NCBI RefSeq assembly: GCF_963921235.1
Contig: NC_086097.1
Location: 211,112,001 to 211,176,000, forward strand
Reading direction: 5' to 3'
DNA: 64,000 nt
Source: Mobula hypostoma
Taxonomy: Eukaryota
In this document: positions 37,195-50,882 of the stretch, one piece after another
Layout of the letters: every line of letters begins with the position of its first letter
How positions within the stretch are numbered: the first letter of the stretch is position 1
Notes under the pieces: model-generated
What the model saw: only the letters and a program-made list of their open reading frames with translations
Database searches by the model: none
Told to the model about the DNA's origin: nothing
Position numbers and translations under genes: made by a program

Positions 37195-37380
37195 GTTATG
37201 TGCCATGTTTTATGTTGTGGGTGGTCGTGGTCCTTCCATGACCATAATAGTTCTTGGCAAATATTTCTACAGATGTGGTTTGCCATTGCCTTCTTCTGGG
37301 CAGTGTTTCTACAAGATGGGTGACCCCCGCTATTATCAATACTCTTCAGAGATTGTCTGGCTGGCATCAGAGGTCACATC
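37195..37380 (-). mobile_element. SINE-like element with RTE-type tail; probable remainder at about 39295-39475
   Basis: Plus strand ggcaaatatttctacagatgtggtttgccattgccttc resembles the reverse complement of RTE-dependent SINE tails. Confidence 0.45.
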
Positions 37381-37429
37381 TTCAGATTACAAAAAAGGTG
37401 CATGGGCGTGAGATAGTTCAGCTGATTGA

Positions 37430-38495
37430 GTAACACACATAAATACTGGAGAAACTCAGCAGGCCAGGCAGCATCTATGGAAAAGGGTATAGTTGACGTT
37501 TCAGGCTGAGACCATGCAGCAGGGCTAGAGAAAAAAAATGAGGAGTAGATTTAAAAGCTGGGGAGGGGAGAGAAAAATACAAGGTGATAGGTGAAACTGG
37601 GAGGGAGAGGGATGAAGAAAAGAGCTGGGAAGTTGATTGTTGAAAGAGATACAGGGCTGGAGAAGGGGAGTCTGATAGGAGAGAACAGAAAGCCATGGAA
37701 GAAAGAAAAGGGAGAGGAGCACCAGAGGAGGTGATGGGCAAGCAAGGAGATAAGGTGAGAGAGGGAGAAGGGCATGGGGAATGATGAAGGGGGAGAGGGC
37801 AGGTTTGTTCACCAGAAGTTCGTGAAAACGATGTCAATGCCATCAGGTTGGAGGCTACCTAGGCAGAATATAAGGTGTTGCTTCTCCAAGCGGAGTGTGC
37901 CTTCATCGCAACAGTAGAGGAGGCCATGGATTGCCATTTTGGAATGGGAATGGGGAGTGGAATTAGAATGGGTGGCCACTGGGAGATCCTGCTTTTTCTG
38001 GAGGATGGAACGTAGGTGCTCAGCGGAGTGGTCTCACAGGAGGCCACACCGTGCTTGGTGGTGGGATACCGTTGGAGATGGCAGAAGTTCTGGAGAATTA
38101 TGTGCTGGACGCGGAACTGGTGGGGTGGTAGGTGAGGACAAGAAAAACCCTATCCCTGGTAGGGTGGCAGGAGGATGGTGTAAGAGAATATGTGTGTGAA
38201 ATGGAAGAGGTACAGTTGAGGGTAGTGTTCATGGTGGAGGGAGGGAAGCCCCTTTCTTTGAAAAAGGAGGACATCACCTTCATTCTAGAAGAATGAAAAG
38301 CCTCATCCTGAGATGCAGTGGAGACGGAGGAAACCTACTACTTCTCATCTTTTTTTCCTCCAGTCCTGCCGAACGGTCTCGGCCCAGAATGTTGACTGTA
38401 CTTTTTCCATAGATGCCGCCTGGCCTGCTGACTCCCATCAGCATTTTGTGTGCATTGTTTGGATTTCCAGCATCTGCAGATTTTCTCTTGTTTGT
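37430..38495 (-). mobile_element. Older Penelope fragment flanked by terminal repeats in inverted orientation
   Basis: Minus-strand pLTR at 37430-37530 and body to about 38335; plus-strand pLTR at about 38340-38495 with decayed core cagtcCTGCCGAacggtctcggcccAGAAtgttgactg. Confidence 0.75.
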
Positions 38496-39293
38496 CAGCT
38501 GATTGAGTGTTATTGCGACAACAAAGTTGCACCCAACGTCAGTAAGATCAAAGATTTCAGAAAGGGTAAGATGAGGACACACACAGCCATCCTCACTGAG
38601 AGATCAGAAATGGAAAATGGAAGCAATTTCAAGCTCCTGGGTATCAACATCTCTAAGGATCTATCCTGAGCCCAGCATATTGATGTAGTTATAAAGAAAG
38701 CACAACAATGGCTATATTTCATTAGGAGTTTGAGGAGAATTTGTATGTCACCAAAGACACTCACAAATTTTTACAGATGTATCTTGGAAGGCATTCTAAT
38801 GGGCTGCATCGCCATCTGGCGTGGGGGAGGGGTGGCCACTGCAACAGATCGAAATAAACTGCAGAAAGTTGTGCGCCGTCATGGGCACTAGCCTCTCTAG
38901 CATCTAGGGCATCTTCAAGGAATGATGCCTCAAATAGGTGGCATCCATCCTTAAGGGCCTCCTTCACCCAAGATATACTCTCTTCTCATTGTTAAGTTTC
39001 AGGAAGGAGGTACAGGAGCCTAAAGGCACACACATAATGCTTCAGAAACAGCTTCTTCCCCTCTGTCATCAGATTTCTGAATGGACATTGAACCCATGAA
39101 CTCTACCTCACTACTTTATTTTCTGTTTTTTCTCTTTTTGTTCTATTATTTAACTTAACTTAAAATATATATACGCATATTCTTACTTATTCAATTTACC
39201 ATTTTTATTATTATATATCGTACTGTACTGCCGCTGATTAATAACAACTTTCGCAACATTTGCCAGTGATATGAAACTTGATTCTGATTCTGA
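38496..39293 (+). mobile_element. Rex1-type 3' fragment
   Basis: NVSKIKDFRK...NFKLLGINISKDLS; (ATTCTG)n tail at 39280-39293. Confidence 0.75.
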
Positions 39294-39504
39294 TAATCAG
39301 GACTCGTGATGTGCACCAGATGCTCATCTGACTATCCACCACCTGCTCCCATGGCTTACTGTGAACCTGGTCGGGGAGCTAGGCACTTGTTACACCTTGT
39401 CCACCAGTGACCTGCAGGCTAGCGGAGAGAAGGAATGTCTTGCACCTCCTCTGGTATCTCCAACCTGCCACCCTAACAGTATAGTGCAATACAGAAAATT
39501 ACTA

Positions 39505-39570
39505 CAGTACTGTGCAAAAGTCTTAGACACCCTAGCGATATGTATGTGCTAAGAGTTTTGCTCAGTACTG
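39505..39570. mobile_element. 66-bp Tc1-type MITE
   Basis: TA-CAGTACTGTGCAAAAGTCTTAG...CTAAGAGTTTTGCTCAGTACTG-TA. Confidence 0.85.
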
Positions 39571-40982
39571 TATATGTATTTTAATAATAAATTAACTTTG
39601 AACTTTGAACGTGATCTATGAAAAGTCAACTGATTGTTTCTGTAGAAATAGCTCCTAACATGACAATTCTGTTGTCTTCTTTTGTTACCTCCAGAGGGCA
39701 GAAGATATCTGTGAGAGTCATCATTTGCAAACCACATAAACTTGTCTAACATTATTGAATCCAGGTTTTGGGTGAGAATATGATTTCCTGTTTATGTAAC
39801 CAAAAAAAGGACATTCAGCTAAAAGAGCTGAAGGACAGTCACTCAAACATCACGGCAAGGCATTTCAATCAGAACTCCTATAATTCTGCTTCCAAATTGT
39901 GTAATGATTTTGAATATTGGAAATAATAGCAGTGCTTATTATGTTTGGTTTAGCTATTTTAATTATACATTAATAGCATATTTGTACTTGTTTTTCTTTA
40001 CAAATCCGAAGACAACCAATTTTTATCAAGCAAGGTCACAGATGAGCTAGTTGTAAATGAACTGCACTTAAATAGTGACACAATAGTTTCAACTTCCACA
40101 CAAATCCCACAACTGTAAATTTAGTTTAACAGATTAATCACATAATTCATTTTCAATTTCTTAATACAATATTCTTATTTAATTCCACAAAGTTTTCATT
40201 ATCCAAGTGTGACTGGTTGGCAGCAATGAGGATGAAATAAATCAATGAATGAATTTGAATTTTAATGCAACATCATCGTTCCAGAACATAACACCATGGT
40301 TACGAGAAGTGGGAGTACACAATTCGGCCTAATTACCCATTCTGTAAATGTACTTATATCTTTTATCTCAGAGTAATTTTCCTGCACTATCACAATTTCC
40401 TTTGATTCATTTATTATCCAAAAATTGCCCATGCTCTGAATTGCATATACACAGATTTAAAATGGACTTTTTTGTTCTAATTGTGTTTTCTTGTCAAAAG
40501 TGGCGATAATTTTCAATTATTTTATGTTTTTGTGCAATGCTGCTGATATGATGCTGTGGGCCTGTGATGCTGCTGCAAGTAAGTTTTTCATTGCACCTGT
40601 GCATACTTGTTCTTGTGCACGTGACAGAAAACTTAACTTTGACAATTTGACTTTGACTTTGAACTAAACCTCTACTATCCTAATGACAGAAAACCGCAAA
40701 ACACTACCATATGTGTGAAGAAATTTATTATTTCTCAGTCTTGAATCGCTGGCCCCTTAAAGTAAGACTGTAAACTCTAGTTATAGACTCCCCAACCTAT
40801 AAACATCATCCCTAAATCTATCCTCTCAAGCACCTAATTATGTTGTATGTTGCAATCAGATCACGTCTCATTCTTCTAAGCAGTAAAGGTAATAGCCCAG
40901 ACTGCTTGGTTTCTCTTCACATGTGAATCCCCCACCCATTCCAATAACAGATCTGTTGAACATTCATTGCACTCACTTCACT

Positions 40983-41470
40983 GAATCAGATTCAGAATCA
41001 GGCTTATTATCATTAGCATATGTCATGAAATTTGCTGTTATGTGGCAGCAGTACATTGTAATACATAATAATAAAAGCTGTAAATTACAGTAAGTGTGTC
41101 TATATGTACTAAAAAGTTAAAATAAATAAAAAGAAGAAGAAAAATAGTAGTGAGATAGTGTTCATGGGTTCAATGTCCATTCAGAAATCTGATAGCAGAG
41201 GTGAAGAAGATATTCCTGAATCATTGAGTGTGTGCCTTCATGCTCCTTTTCTCCTCCCTGATGGTAGCAATAAGCAGAGGGCATATGCTGGGTGATGGGG
41301 TTCCTTAATAATGGATGCCATCTTTTTGAGGCATTACTCCATGAAGATGTACTGGATGCTGGGGATGCTAGTGCCCTTGATGGAGCTGACTGAGTTCACA
41401 ACTTCCTGCATCTTATTCTGATCCTGTGCGGCCAGTTAGAACGTTCTCCACAGTACATCTGTAGAAATTT
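40983..41470 (-). mobile_element. Rex1-type 3' fragment
   Basis: (CAGAAT)n-like tail at 40983-41001; reverse complement is collinear with 38760-39290. Confidence 0.7.
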
Positions 41471-41884
41471 GGGATAAGTACGTCCTTCTTTAGGTGGAGA
41501 GAAAAAGAGAGAGACCTTACCTAAAATCAATGGTGCAATCTCACCAGAACTCCAGATAGTAAATTCTTTAAAACTGGGTTGATTTTAGCACATTAATGTT
41601 CCATTTTTAAAATTCCATTTAAAAATATAGGAAAACTCACTTCTTAAGATTTGTGAATCAATTATGTTTGCAATTAAATATGGTGTGGGCTTTACATATG
41701 TTACTTTGCTTTTCACTGGATGTATAAATCGATTGAAGGGAAGATTAACAAGAAGCAAACATTTCGGTATTGTATCATTTATTTTATATGAGGCGTATTT
41801 GGTCAGCACTTGGGTCTCTGGAACTATTCAATTCACTCGTGAGTGCAGTTTTCTCCCATTACCACAGTTAATCCCAACATAATT

Positions 41885-44800
41885 TGTTGTGTCTGTGCAC
41901 AACTACATATATACTAAATAAATGTACGGACGTGAGAGATGGCTTTAACTGGTGTATTCACATGACAGCAAGAGAGATAGGGAACAATGCATAGTCAACT
42001 GCACATGCACAGCCAACAGGTCAACACGTAGTGCTAGGTGGGGGCGGGGGTGAGGTCATTACTCTAAAAGAAACTGATCCATACATTATACTTCCTTCCC
42101 CTTTAGATTAATGCAGCATAAAACTGTATATGTACAAAACATTTAATCTACCTTTCATAACCCACATTCCAAATAAACATGCTTTCACAACAGCAGTCTA
42201 GGACGAACTCCACAGTTCTAAAGATTCAGTCCTTTAGGTGGCACTGTTTCTTTCAGGATCGTGCCTCTGGACCTGTCACGTGGCATCAGGTTTGGTAGGT
42301 GTCTTGACTAAGACACCATTCTCAGTTTCCCATGTCACTCTGCTGTCAGTGACATCATCACTGAGAGGTAAGTCTGACTGTAATGTGTCCGTCTTGTTGG
42401 ATGCAATCGACTCAGGTGTGTTCTTTGGTTGAGTATCCTGTATCTGGTCCACACGACGTCTCCATGTCTGATCTCCAACATCCACTGTGCTCATCAGTGG
42501 TCCAGTACTTGTAGCTATCCTACTGGGTGTCCACTTGTCTTCTCGGTAATCACACGCTAGGACTTCCTGTCTAACCTCGAAGCTCCTTGCTACAACTGGC
42601 TGAACTCTTTATTCTGCACTTCCCTGCATAGATGTAGTTTCAGCTGGTCTATGCGAGATCTCTGATTCCTGCTCATGAACAGTATTGTAGGTGTTTGATT
42701 TGTCGTCGCATGAACAGAGTTCCGATTCATAAAAAGGAAATTGTCCACCTTGTGCTGTAGAGAAATATCCTCCTCGTCCATCACTTTAATGGACTTCCTG
42801 AAGGTTTGGATAAACCTTTCAGCAAACCCATTTGTTGCTATGTGGTGAGGAGCTGACTGGAAATGTCTGATGCCATTTTTCTTCATGAACAGTCAGAATT
42901 CTCCTGACGTGTATTGTGGTCCATCATCACTACCAATTTGTTCTGGTAAGCTGTTTCTGTCCACAGAACGGAAGCAGTCTTTGCTGAGGTGGTTGACTTC
43001 ATTGGTATGACCTCCAGCCACTTCAAATGAGCATCCACAGCAATTAGAAACATGGAATCCATGAATGGGCCAGCAAAGTCAATAAGTACTCATGCCATGA
43101 TGACAACGGTCACTCCCACGGGTGTAACAGTGTCCGTGGGGGTGCATTTTGAACTTTTTGGCATTTCAAACGGCTTCTGGCAAAGTCTGCAATCTGTTGA
43201 TCTATTCCCAGCCACAACACGTAGCTCCAGACGAGACTCTTCATCTCAACTGTACCCAGGTGTCCTTCATGCAGATTTTCTAACATACTGGTGTGCGGTT
43301 TAGAGGGAACCACAACATGACAACCACACATCAGCATACTTTGACATATTGACAGTTAGTCTCATCTCGCTGAGAACTCTGGAAACATGGAAACGTAGGG
43401 TTACCATGAGCTGGTCATCATTGCATGGCGATTTCATAGACTTTTGACAATGTCGGGTCATTCCTTGTTTGCTTTGTATTTCAGAATATGCTACCGGCAA
43501 CTAGTCCATCAATGCGGTGTGGAACACTTCTGCTGGATCACAGTATGAAGACCTTTCTTCTTCAGTTGTTCATAGTGGAAGATGTGACAAGCCATCAGCA
43601 TTGTTGTTTGGTATCATTGAACTCTATGTCATAAGAGTGGGCTCCTAGGAATAGTGCCCAACATTATAGCTGGGTAGCAGACATCAAGGTAATTCCCTTC
43701 CTAGGCAGGTGACCTGTTATTAGTGTAAGTTTTCTCCGTAGAGGTAGTGGTGGAACTCCTTCATTCCCCATACTAAACTAAGGGCCTCTCAGTATATCTG
43801 TGCATAGTTGTGTTCTGCACTTGACAGTGATCTTGAAGCAAACGCAATCAGGCATTCAGATCCATCTTTCATAAAGTATGACAAAACAGCTCCAATGCCA
43901 TACAGGGATACATTGCATACCAGTCTGCTGGGCAGGGATGGGTCATAATGGGTGAGCAGTTCATCAGATGTTATTAGTCTCTTTGTTTCCTTGAATGCTC
44001 TTTCACATCTTTCTGACCATTCCCACTTTGCTCCTGTCTGTAACAGTGCATTCAATAGATGCAGCACTGTAGCAATGTCTGGGAGAAACCAGTGGTAGTA
44101 GTTTACGAGGCCCAAGTATGACATGAGTAGTGATACATTTTCCGGTTTGGGTGCCTGTTGCACTACCTCAGTCTTCTATTGTGACTTATGTAAGCCATGC
44201 TTGTCAATGACATGTCCACAATATGAGATTTCATTCTCGACAAACTCACACTTCTCTCTGTTTGCATGCAGACCACACTCACTCAGACTGGTAAGCACTT
44301 TACCCAGGTTCTGGAGGTGCTCTTCATCATTCTTGCCAGTCATGATGATGTCATCAAGATAACATTGTGTTCCTGGGATATCTTGGAGCACTTGGTCCAT
44401 TCTTCTTTGTCAAATTGCTGGAGCTGATGCGATGCCAAAGTATATTGGAACAGTCTCTTGTGAATGTTGATTGTGAGGAACTTCCTGCTTGACTCCTCAA
44501 TCTCCATTTGCTGATAGGCTTATGACAAGTCAATCTTTGAAAATCTCTCCCCACCTGCCAAAGATGCAAACCTGTCTTCTATTCGTGGCAGAGGATACTC
44601 AACAGCCCACAATACCGGGCTGATGCTTACTTTGAAATCCCCACATATATGAACAGCTCTGACCTTTCCTTTCTTGATCACCGGGACAATGGGTATGGCC
44701 CAATCACTCCACTCAAACTTGGAAAGAATTCCAGGTGCCTCCAAGCTCTGAAGTTCAGCATCCACTTTAGAATGTAGTGCATAAGGCATCGGATGCGCTT

Positions 44801-45960
44801 TATTGAATCTTGGTATTATTGCTTCATCCAGTTCAATGCTGACCTTCATGCCTTTGAGTTTACCAAACACCTTCTCATTCACATTAGGCAGCTGTGGCAA
44901 TTAGTGCATTCGGGCTCCCATTGCCTGTTGATGCCACTGAGAGTTTTGATTGAGTGCCAGTCTGGTTGGATTTTCCTCAACTATTCACGGCCAAAAAGTG
45001 CTGGCCCTCCATTTTTCAATACATAAAGCTTTAAGTGCTGTGTCTGGCCTCCATACATCACCTTCACTTTCAGTTTGCCTTCAGGGGAACTTTTTGTCTA
45101 TGTGGGTCTTTAGCATCGCTGAAGTCTTCTCTAATGGCATCTTTGAAAAAAGTCTGTTGTAGGCAGTCTCTGGAATTATAGACAAAGCTGTGCCCGGTTC
45201 TATTTTCAGTTTTACACCAGACACATCTATTGTGATCCGTATGATTTTGCAATCTGCTTCAATAATACAATACTATTCTAGGCATGACAGTTCACCTTTG
45301 TCAGACTCTATGTTGTCTGATTCTGTTTTGTGTTGGGGACTTTTCACTTGGTTGTGCTTTTTGCTTGCCTTGCATATGCTCTCTATGTGACCTTGTCTGT
45401 GACACTTACTGCAGACTTTTTCTTTGAACCACAGTGAGGATTTGCCACATTGATACCATTTTTGGCTTGTTGTAACATTCAGGGACATTTTGTGCATTTC
45501 ACATTCTGACCTCCTTTTCTGTAATTCTGCTGCATCATTTACTGAAGTTTCTAACGTATTGCAATGGTCAATGCCCCTTCTAAGGTAAGGTCTCTTTTGA
45601 ACAGTAGCCTCTTTTGAGTGCTTTGACTATGCATGCCACATATAAGTCTGTCCCTAATGCATCAGAAAATCTATCTCTAAAGACACAGTACTGGGAAAGT
45701 TTGAGCAGTTCTGCAATGTAATCAGAAATGCCTTCATCTTTTGACTGGTTCCTTTTGTAAAATCTAAATACTCAGCTATTACCAGCAGCTTAGGGCTCAA
45801 GTGATTTTGTAAAATTGTAACAATTTCATCGAACATCTTGCTTGCTGGCTTTTCGGGGGTTACAAGGTTGCGTAAGAGACTGTACATTCTTGGGCCCATT
45901 AAGCTAAGAAGTGTAGGGGCTTTCTTTGATTCCTCCACATTGTTCACATTACAATACAGG
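41885..45960 (-). mobile_element. Second decayed Mag-type Gypsy element with 3' LTR (about 41885-42090) and PPT (42091-42103)
   Basis: Gag (45654..45947), RT ICGDFKV and QCYLDDII, RNase H LVCNVSLYGIGAVLS, integrase SAPHHIATNGFAERF; PPT AAGGGGAAGGAAG. Confidence 0.88.
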
Positions 45961-47245
45961 ATGGTTTCCTTCAGGGAAAATCCTGCCTGACAAACCTGTT
46001 GGAATTCCTTGAGAAGATTACAAGTAGGATAGATAACAGGAATGTAGTAGATGTTGTATATTTGGACTTTCAGAAGGCCTTTGACAAGGTGCCATACCTG
46101 AGGTTGCTTTCCAAGTTAAGAACCCATGGTATTACAAGAGAGTTACTAACATGGTTAGAGCATTGGCTGATTGGTAGGAGGCAGCGAGTGGGAATAAAAG
46201 GATCCTTTTCTGGTTGGCTACCAGTGACTACTGGTGTTCCGCAGGGGTCGGTGTTGGGACCAGTTCTTTCTACGCTGTATATAAATGACTTAGATGATGG
46301 AATAGATTGCTTTGTTGCCAAGTTTGCAGATGCTGCAAAAATTGCTGGAGGGGCAGGTAGTGTTGAGAAAACAGGTAGGATACAGAAAGACTTAGACAGA
46401 TTAGGGGAATGGGCAAAAAAGTGGCAAATGAAATACAATGTTGGAAATGCATAGTCATGCACTTTGGTGGTAGAGGTAAATGTGTGGACTATATTCTAAA
46501 CCGGGAGAAAATCCAAAAATCTCAGATGCAGAGGGACTTGGGAGTCCTTGTGCAGAACACCTGAAAGGTTAACCCGCAGGTTGAGTTGGTGGTGAGGAAG
46601 GCAAATGCCATGTTAGCATTCATTTCAAGAGGTCTAGAATACAAGAACAAGAATGTGATGCTGAGGCTTTATAAGGCACAGGTGAGGCCTCACCTTGAGT
46701 ATTGTGAACATTTTGGGGCCCCTTATGATGTTCTGGCATTGGAGAGGGTCCAGAGGAGGTTCACAAGGATGATTCCAGGAATTAAAGGGTTATCAGACGA
46801 GGAACGTTTGATGGCTCTGGGTCTGTACTCGCTGGAATTCAGAAGCATAAGGCGGGATCTCATTGAAACCTTTTGAATATTGAAAGGCCGAGACAGAGTA
46901 GATGTGGAAAGAATATTTTTCATAGTGGGACAGTCTAGGACAAGAGGGCACAGCGTCAGGATAGAGGGGAGCCTTTTTGAAACAGAAATGAGGAGAAATT
47001 TCTTTAGCCAAAGGGTGGTGAATTTGTGGAACTTATTGCCACATGTAGCTGTGGAGGCCAGGTTGTTGGGTGTATTTAAGGCTGAGATTAATAGGTTCTT
47101 GATTGGACATGGCATCAAAGGTTACAGGGAGAAGGCTGGGAACTGGGGTTGAAGAGGAGATTAAAAAAAAGGATCAGCCATGATTGAATGGCGGATCAGA
47201 CTCAGTGGGCCAGATGGCCTAGTTCTTCTCCTATGACTTATGATC
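45961..47245 (+). mobile_element. CR1 RT to 3' end fragment
   Basis: ORFs 45999..46454 (VYLDFQKAFDKV, GVPQGSVLGP), 46586..46876 and 46880..47152. Confidence 0.9.
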
Positions 47246-48032
47246 TAATATGTAATGCTAAGGGGTGGGGTGGGGTGGGGGGTTCATTGCTGTAAAAGAA
47301 ATAAATCCATACATTGCATCATTCATCTAGACTGTAGAGGGAGCCAAAGCAATACTGCTGTGATTTACCACTATTCATTCAATAATTCCTCAGGGGGATA
47401 CAGTAATAGATTTTAAGGCTCTCTGTTGTTCAAGAATCTAGTAATTTGGCTACCGAATAAAATACTTAGCACATATTAGATACAGAGCATGAGTTATAAT
47501 TATACACACAAGAAAGAGGAAAGCCAAAACTATCTAAAAAAAAATTTTGAACAATCTTTTTATGTTCAAAATAAATTTATTATCAAAATACAAATATGTC
47601 ACCATATACAACCATGAGATTCATTTTTTGCAGGAATATACAGTAAATCCCAGAAGCACAGTAGAATCAGTAAAAGACCGCACCCAACAGGACGGACAAG
47701 CAACCAAAGTACAAAAGACAATAAACCTGTGCAAGCACAGAAGAAAACAAGCGTGCTTGGCTATGCCTGTACCTCAGGTTTTACCAGGTTCTGAGAAAAA
47801 AAATAATAATAATTTCTTCACGATTGAAGAAATGCAAATATCTGAAGTTACTATGGATATGCAGAAAGAGGTTATAAAAATACCCGCAACTGGAAACATA
47901 CTGGCAGTGATAATATTCATAATTATTGCTATAAAACATTTACTTTTCTTCATCAGTACCTATTAATGCATATCAACAATTTTCACAAAAATCCTGAAAA
48001 AGTGCCTGAATTTTTGACAGATAAAACATATC

Positions 48033-49748
48033 ACTAAGGAGGACATAAATAATCTTCCAGAAATAGTAAGGGACAGAGGGTCCAGTGAGATGGAGGAACT
48101 GAGCGAAATACATGTTAGTAGGGAAGTGGTGTTAGGTAAATTGAAGGGATTAAAGGCAGATAAATCCCCAGGGCCAGATGGTCTGCATCCCAGAGTGCTT
48201 AAAGAAGTAGCCCAAGAAATAGCGGATGCATTAGTGATAATTTTTCAAAACTCGTTAGATTCTGGACTAGTTCCTGAGGATTGGAGGGTGGCTAATGTAA
48301 CCCCACTTTTTAAAAAAGGAGGGAGAGAGAAACCGGGGAATTATAGACTGGTTAGCCTAACATCGGTGGTGGGGAAACTGCTGGAGTCAGTTATCAAGGA
48401 TGTGATAACAGCACATTTGGAAAGCGGTGAAATCATCGGACAAAGTCAGCATGGATTTATGAAAGGAAAATCATGTCTGACGAATCTCATAGAATTTTTT
48501 GAGGATGTAACTAGTAGAGTGGATAGGGGAGAACCAGTGGATGTGGTATATTTGGATTTTCAAAAGGCTTTTGACAAGGTCCCACACAGGAGATTAGTGT
48601 GCAAACTTAAAGCACACGGTATTGGGGCTAAGGTATTGGTGTGGGTGGAGAATTGGTTAGCAGACAGGAAGCAAAGAGTGGGAATAAATGGGACCTTTTC
48701 AGAATGGCAGGCGGTGACTAGTGGGGTACCGCAAGGCTCAGTGCTGGGACCCCAGTTGTTTACAATATATATTAATGACTTGGATGAGGGAATTAAATGC
48801 AGCATCTCCAAGTTTGCGGATGACACGAAGCTGGGTGGCAGTGTTAGCAGTGAGGAGGATGCTAAGAGGATGCAGGGTGACTTGGATAGGTTGGGTGAGT
48901 GGGCAAATTCATGGCAGATGCAATTTAATGTGGATAAATGTGAAGTTATCCACTTTGGTGGCAAAAATAGGAAAACAGATTATTATCTGAATGGTGGCCG
49001 ATTAGGAAAAGGGGAGGTGCAACGAGACCTGGGTGTCATTATACACCAGTCATTGAAAGTGGGCATGCAGGTACAGCAGGCGGTGAAAAAGGCGAATGGT
49101 ATGCTGGCATTTATAGCGAGAGGATTCGAGTACAGGAGCAGGGAGGTACTACTGCAGTTGTACAAGGCCTTGGTGAGACCACACCTGGAGTTTTGTGTGC
49201 AGTTTTGGTCCCCTAATCTGAAGAAAGACGTCTTTGCCATAGAGGGAGTACAAAGAAGATTCACTAGATTGATTCCTGGGATGGCAGGACTTTCATATGA
49301 AGAAAGACTGGATGAATTGGGCTTGTACTCGTTGGAATTTAGAAGATTGAGAGGGGATCTGATTGAAACGTATAAGATCCTAAAGGGATTGGACAGGCTA
49401 GATGCAGGAAGATTGTTCCCGATGTTGGGGAAGTCCAGAACGAGGGGTCACAGTTTGAGGATAGAGGGGAAGCCTTTTAGGACCGAGATTAGGAAAAACT
49501 TCTTCACACAGAGAGTGGTGAATCTGTGGAATTCTCTGCCACAGGAAACTGTTGAGGGCAGTTCATTGGCTATATTTAAGAGGGAGTTAGATATGGCCCT
49601 TGTGGCTACGGGGATCAGGGGGTATGGAGGGAAGGCTGGGGCGGGGTTCTGAGTTGGATGATCAGCCATGATCATAATAAATGGTGGTGCAGGCTCGAAG
49701 GGCCGAATGGCCTACTCCTGCACCTATTTTCTATGTTTCTATGTTTCT
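48033..49748 (+). mobile_element. Young 5'-truncated CR1 LINE
   Basis: Uninterrupted RT ORF; (TTTCTATG)n tail; putative TSD ATATC at 48028-48032 and 49749-49753. Confidence 0.93.
48090..49652 (+). CDS. CR1 ORF2 reverse transcriptase, C-terminal 520 aa (no endonuclease domain)
   Basis: KSPGPDG, QHGF, YLDFQKAFDKV, GVPQGSVLGP, KFADD, VRPHLEFC. Confidence 0.85.
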   Translation: MEELSEIHVSREVVLGKLKGLKADKSPGPDGLHPRVLKEVAQEIADALVIIFQNSLDSGLVPEDWRVANVTPLFKKGGREKPGNYRLVSLTSVVGKLLESVIKDVITAHLESGEIIGQSQHGFMKGKSCLTNLIEFFEDVTSRVDRGEPVDVVYLDFQKAFDKVPHRRLVCKLKAHGIGAKVLVWVENWLADRKQRVGINGTFSEWQAVTSGVPQGSVLGPQLFTIYINDLDEGIKCSISKFADDTKLGGSVSSEEDAKRMQGDLDRLGEWANSWQMQFNVDKCEVIHFGGKNRKTDYYLNGGRLGKGEVQRDLGVIIHQSLKVGMQVQQAVKKANGMLAFIARGFEYRSREVLLQLYKALVRPHLEFCVQFWSPNLKKDVFAIEGVQRRFTRLIPGMAGLSYEERLDELGLYSLEFRRLRGDLIETYKILKGLDRLDAGRLFPMLGKSRTRGHSLRIEGKPFRTEIRKNFFTQRVVNLWNSLPQETVEGSSLAIFKRELDMALVATGIRGYGGKAGAGF

Positions 49749-49940
49749 ATATCTTTTACCTAAAGGGGAAATCAAAAAAGATCCATCAAAACATCACCCT
49801 ATTACTTGTTTACAAACTATTTATAAAATTGTAACATCATGTATCTCGCAACTAATCTCCACTCACTTAGATAACCACAATATACTTACAGAAGAACAGA
49901 AAGGATGCTGTAAAGGTATGAAAGGGTGTAAAGAACAACT

Positions 49941-50880
49941 GACCAGTGGTGTGCTTCAGGGATCTGTTCTGGGACCCCTACTCTTCGTGATTTTTATAAA
50001 TGACCTGGGTGAAGAAGTGGAGGGATGGGTGAGTAAATTTGCTGATGACACAAAGGTTGGGTGTTGTGGATGGTGTGCAGGGATGTCAGAGGTTACAGCG
50101 GGACATTGATAGGATGCAAAACTGGCTGAGAAGTGGCAGATGGAGCTCAGCCCAGGTAAGTGTGAGGTGGTTCATTTTGGTAGGTCAAATATGATGGCAG
50201 AATATAGTATTAGTGGTAAGACTCTTGGCAGTGTGGAGGATCAGAGGGATCTCGGGGTCCGAGTCCACAAGGCATTCAAGGCTGCTGCGAAGGTTGACTG
50301 TGTGGTTAAGAAAGCATACGGTGCATTGGCCTTCATCAATTGTGGGATTGAGTTTAGGAGCCCAGAAGTAATGTTGCAGTTATATAGGACTCTGGTCAGA
50401 CCCCACTTGGAGTACTGTGCTCAGTTCTGGTCACCTCACTATAGGAATGATGTGGAAACCGTAGAAAGGGTGCAGAGGGCATTTACAAGGATGTTGCCTG
50501 GATTGGGGAGCATGCCTTATGAGAATAGGTTGAGTGAACTCGGCCTTTTTTCCTTGGAGTGACGGAGGATGAGAGGCGACCTGTTCGAGGTGTGTAAGAT
50601 GATGTGCGGCTTTGATTGTGTGGATAGTCAGTGGCTTTTTCCCAGGACTGAAATGGATAGCACGAGAGGGCACAGTTTTAACATGCTTGGAAGTAGGTAC
50701 AGAGGAGAGACCAGGGGTAAGTTTTTTAACGCAGAGAGTGGTGAATGCGTGGAATGGGCTGCGAGTGACAGTGTTGCAGGCGGATACAATACAGTCTTTT
50801 AAGATACTCCTGGACAGGTATATGGAGCTCAGAAAAATAGACGGCTATGGGTAACCCTAGGTAATTTCTCAGTTAAGGAC
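49941..50880 (+). mobile_element. CR1 3' fragment
   Basis: SGVLQGSVLGPLLF...KFADD; ORF 50140..50562. Confidence 0.88.
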
Positions 50881-50882
50881 AT

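Noticed and set aside
47262..47282. (GGGGT)4 potential G-quadruplex
   Set aside because: Isolated simple repeat with no supporting context
49681..50109. Apparent chimeric RT protein
   Set aside because: Chance in-frame run across a CR1 tail, an R4 fragment and a second CR1
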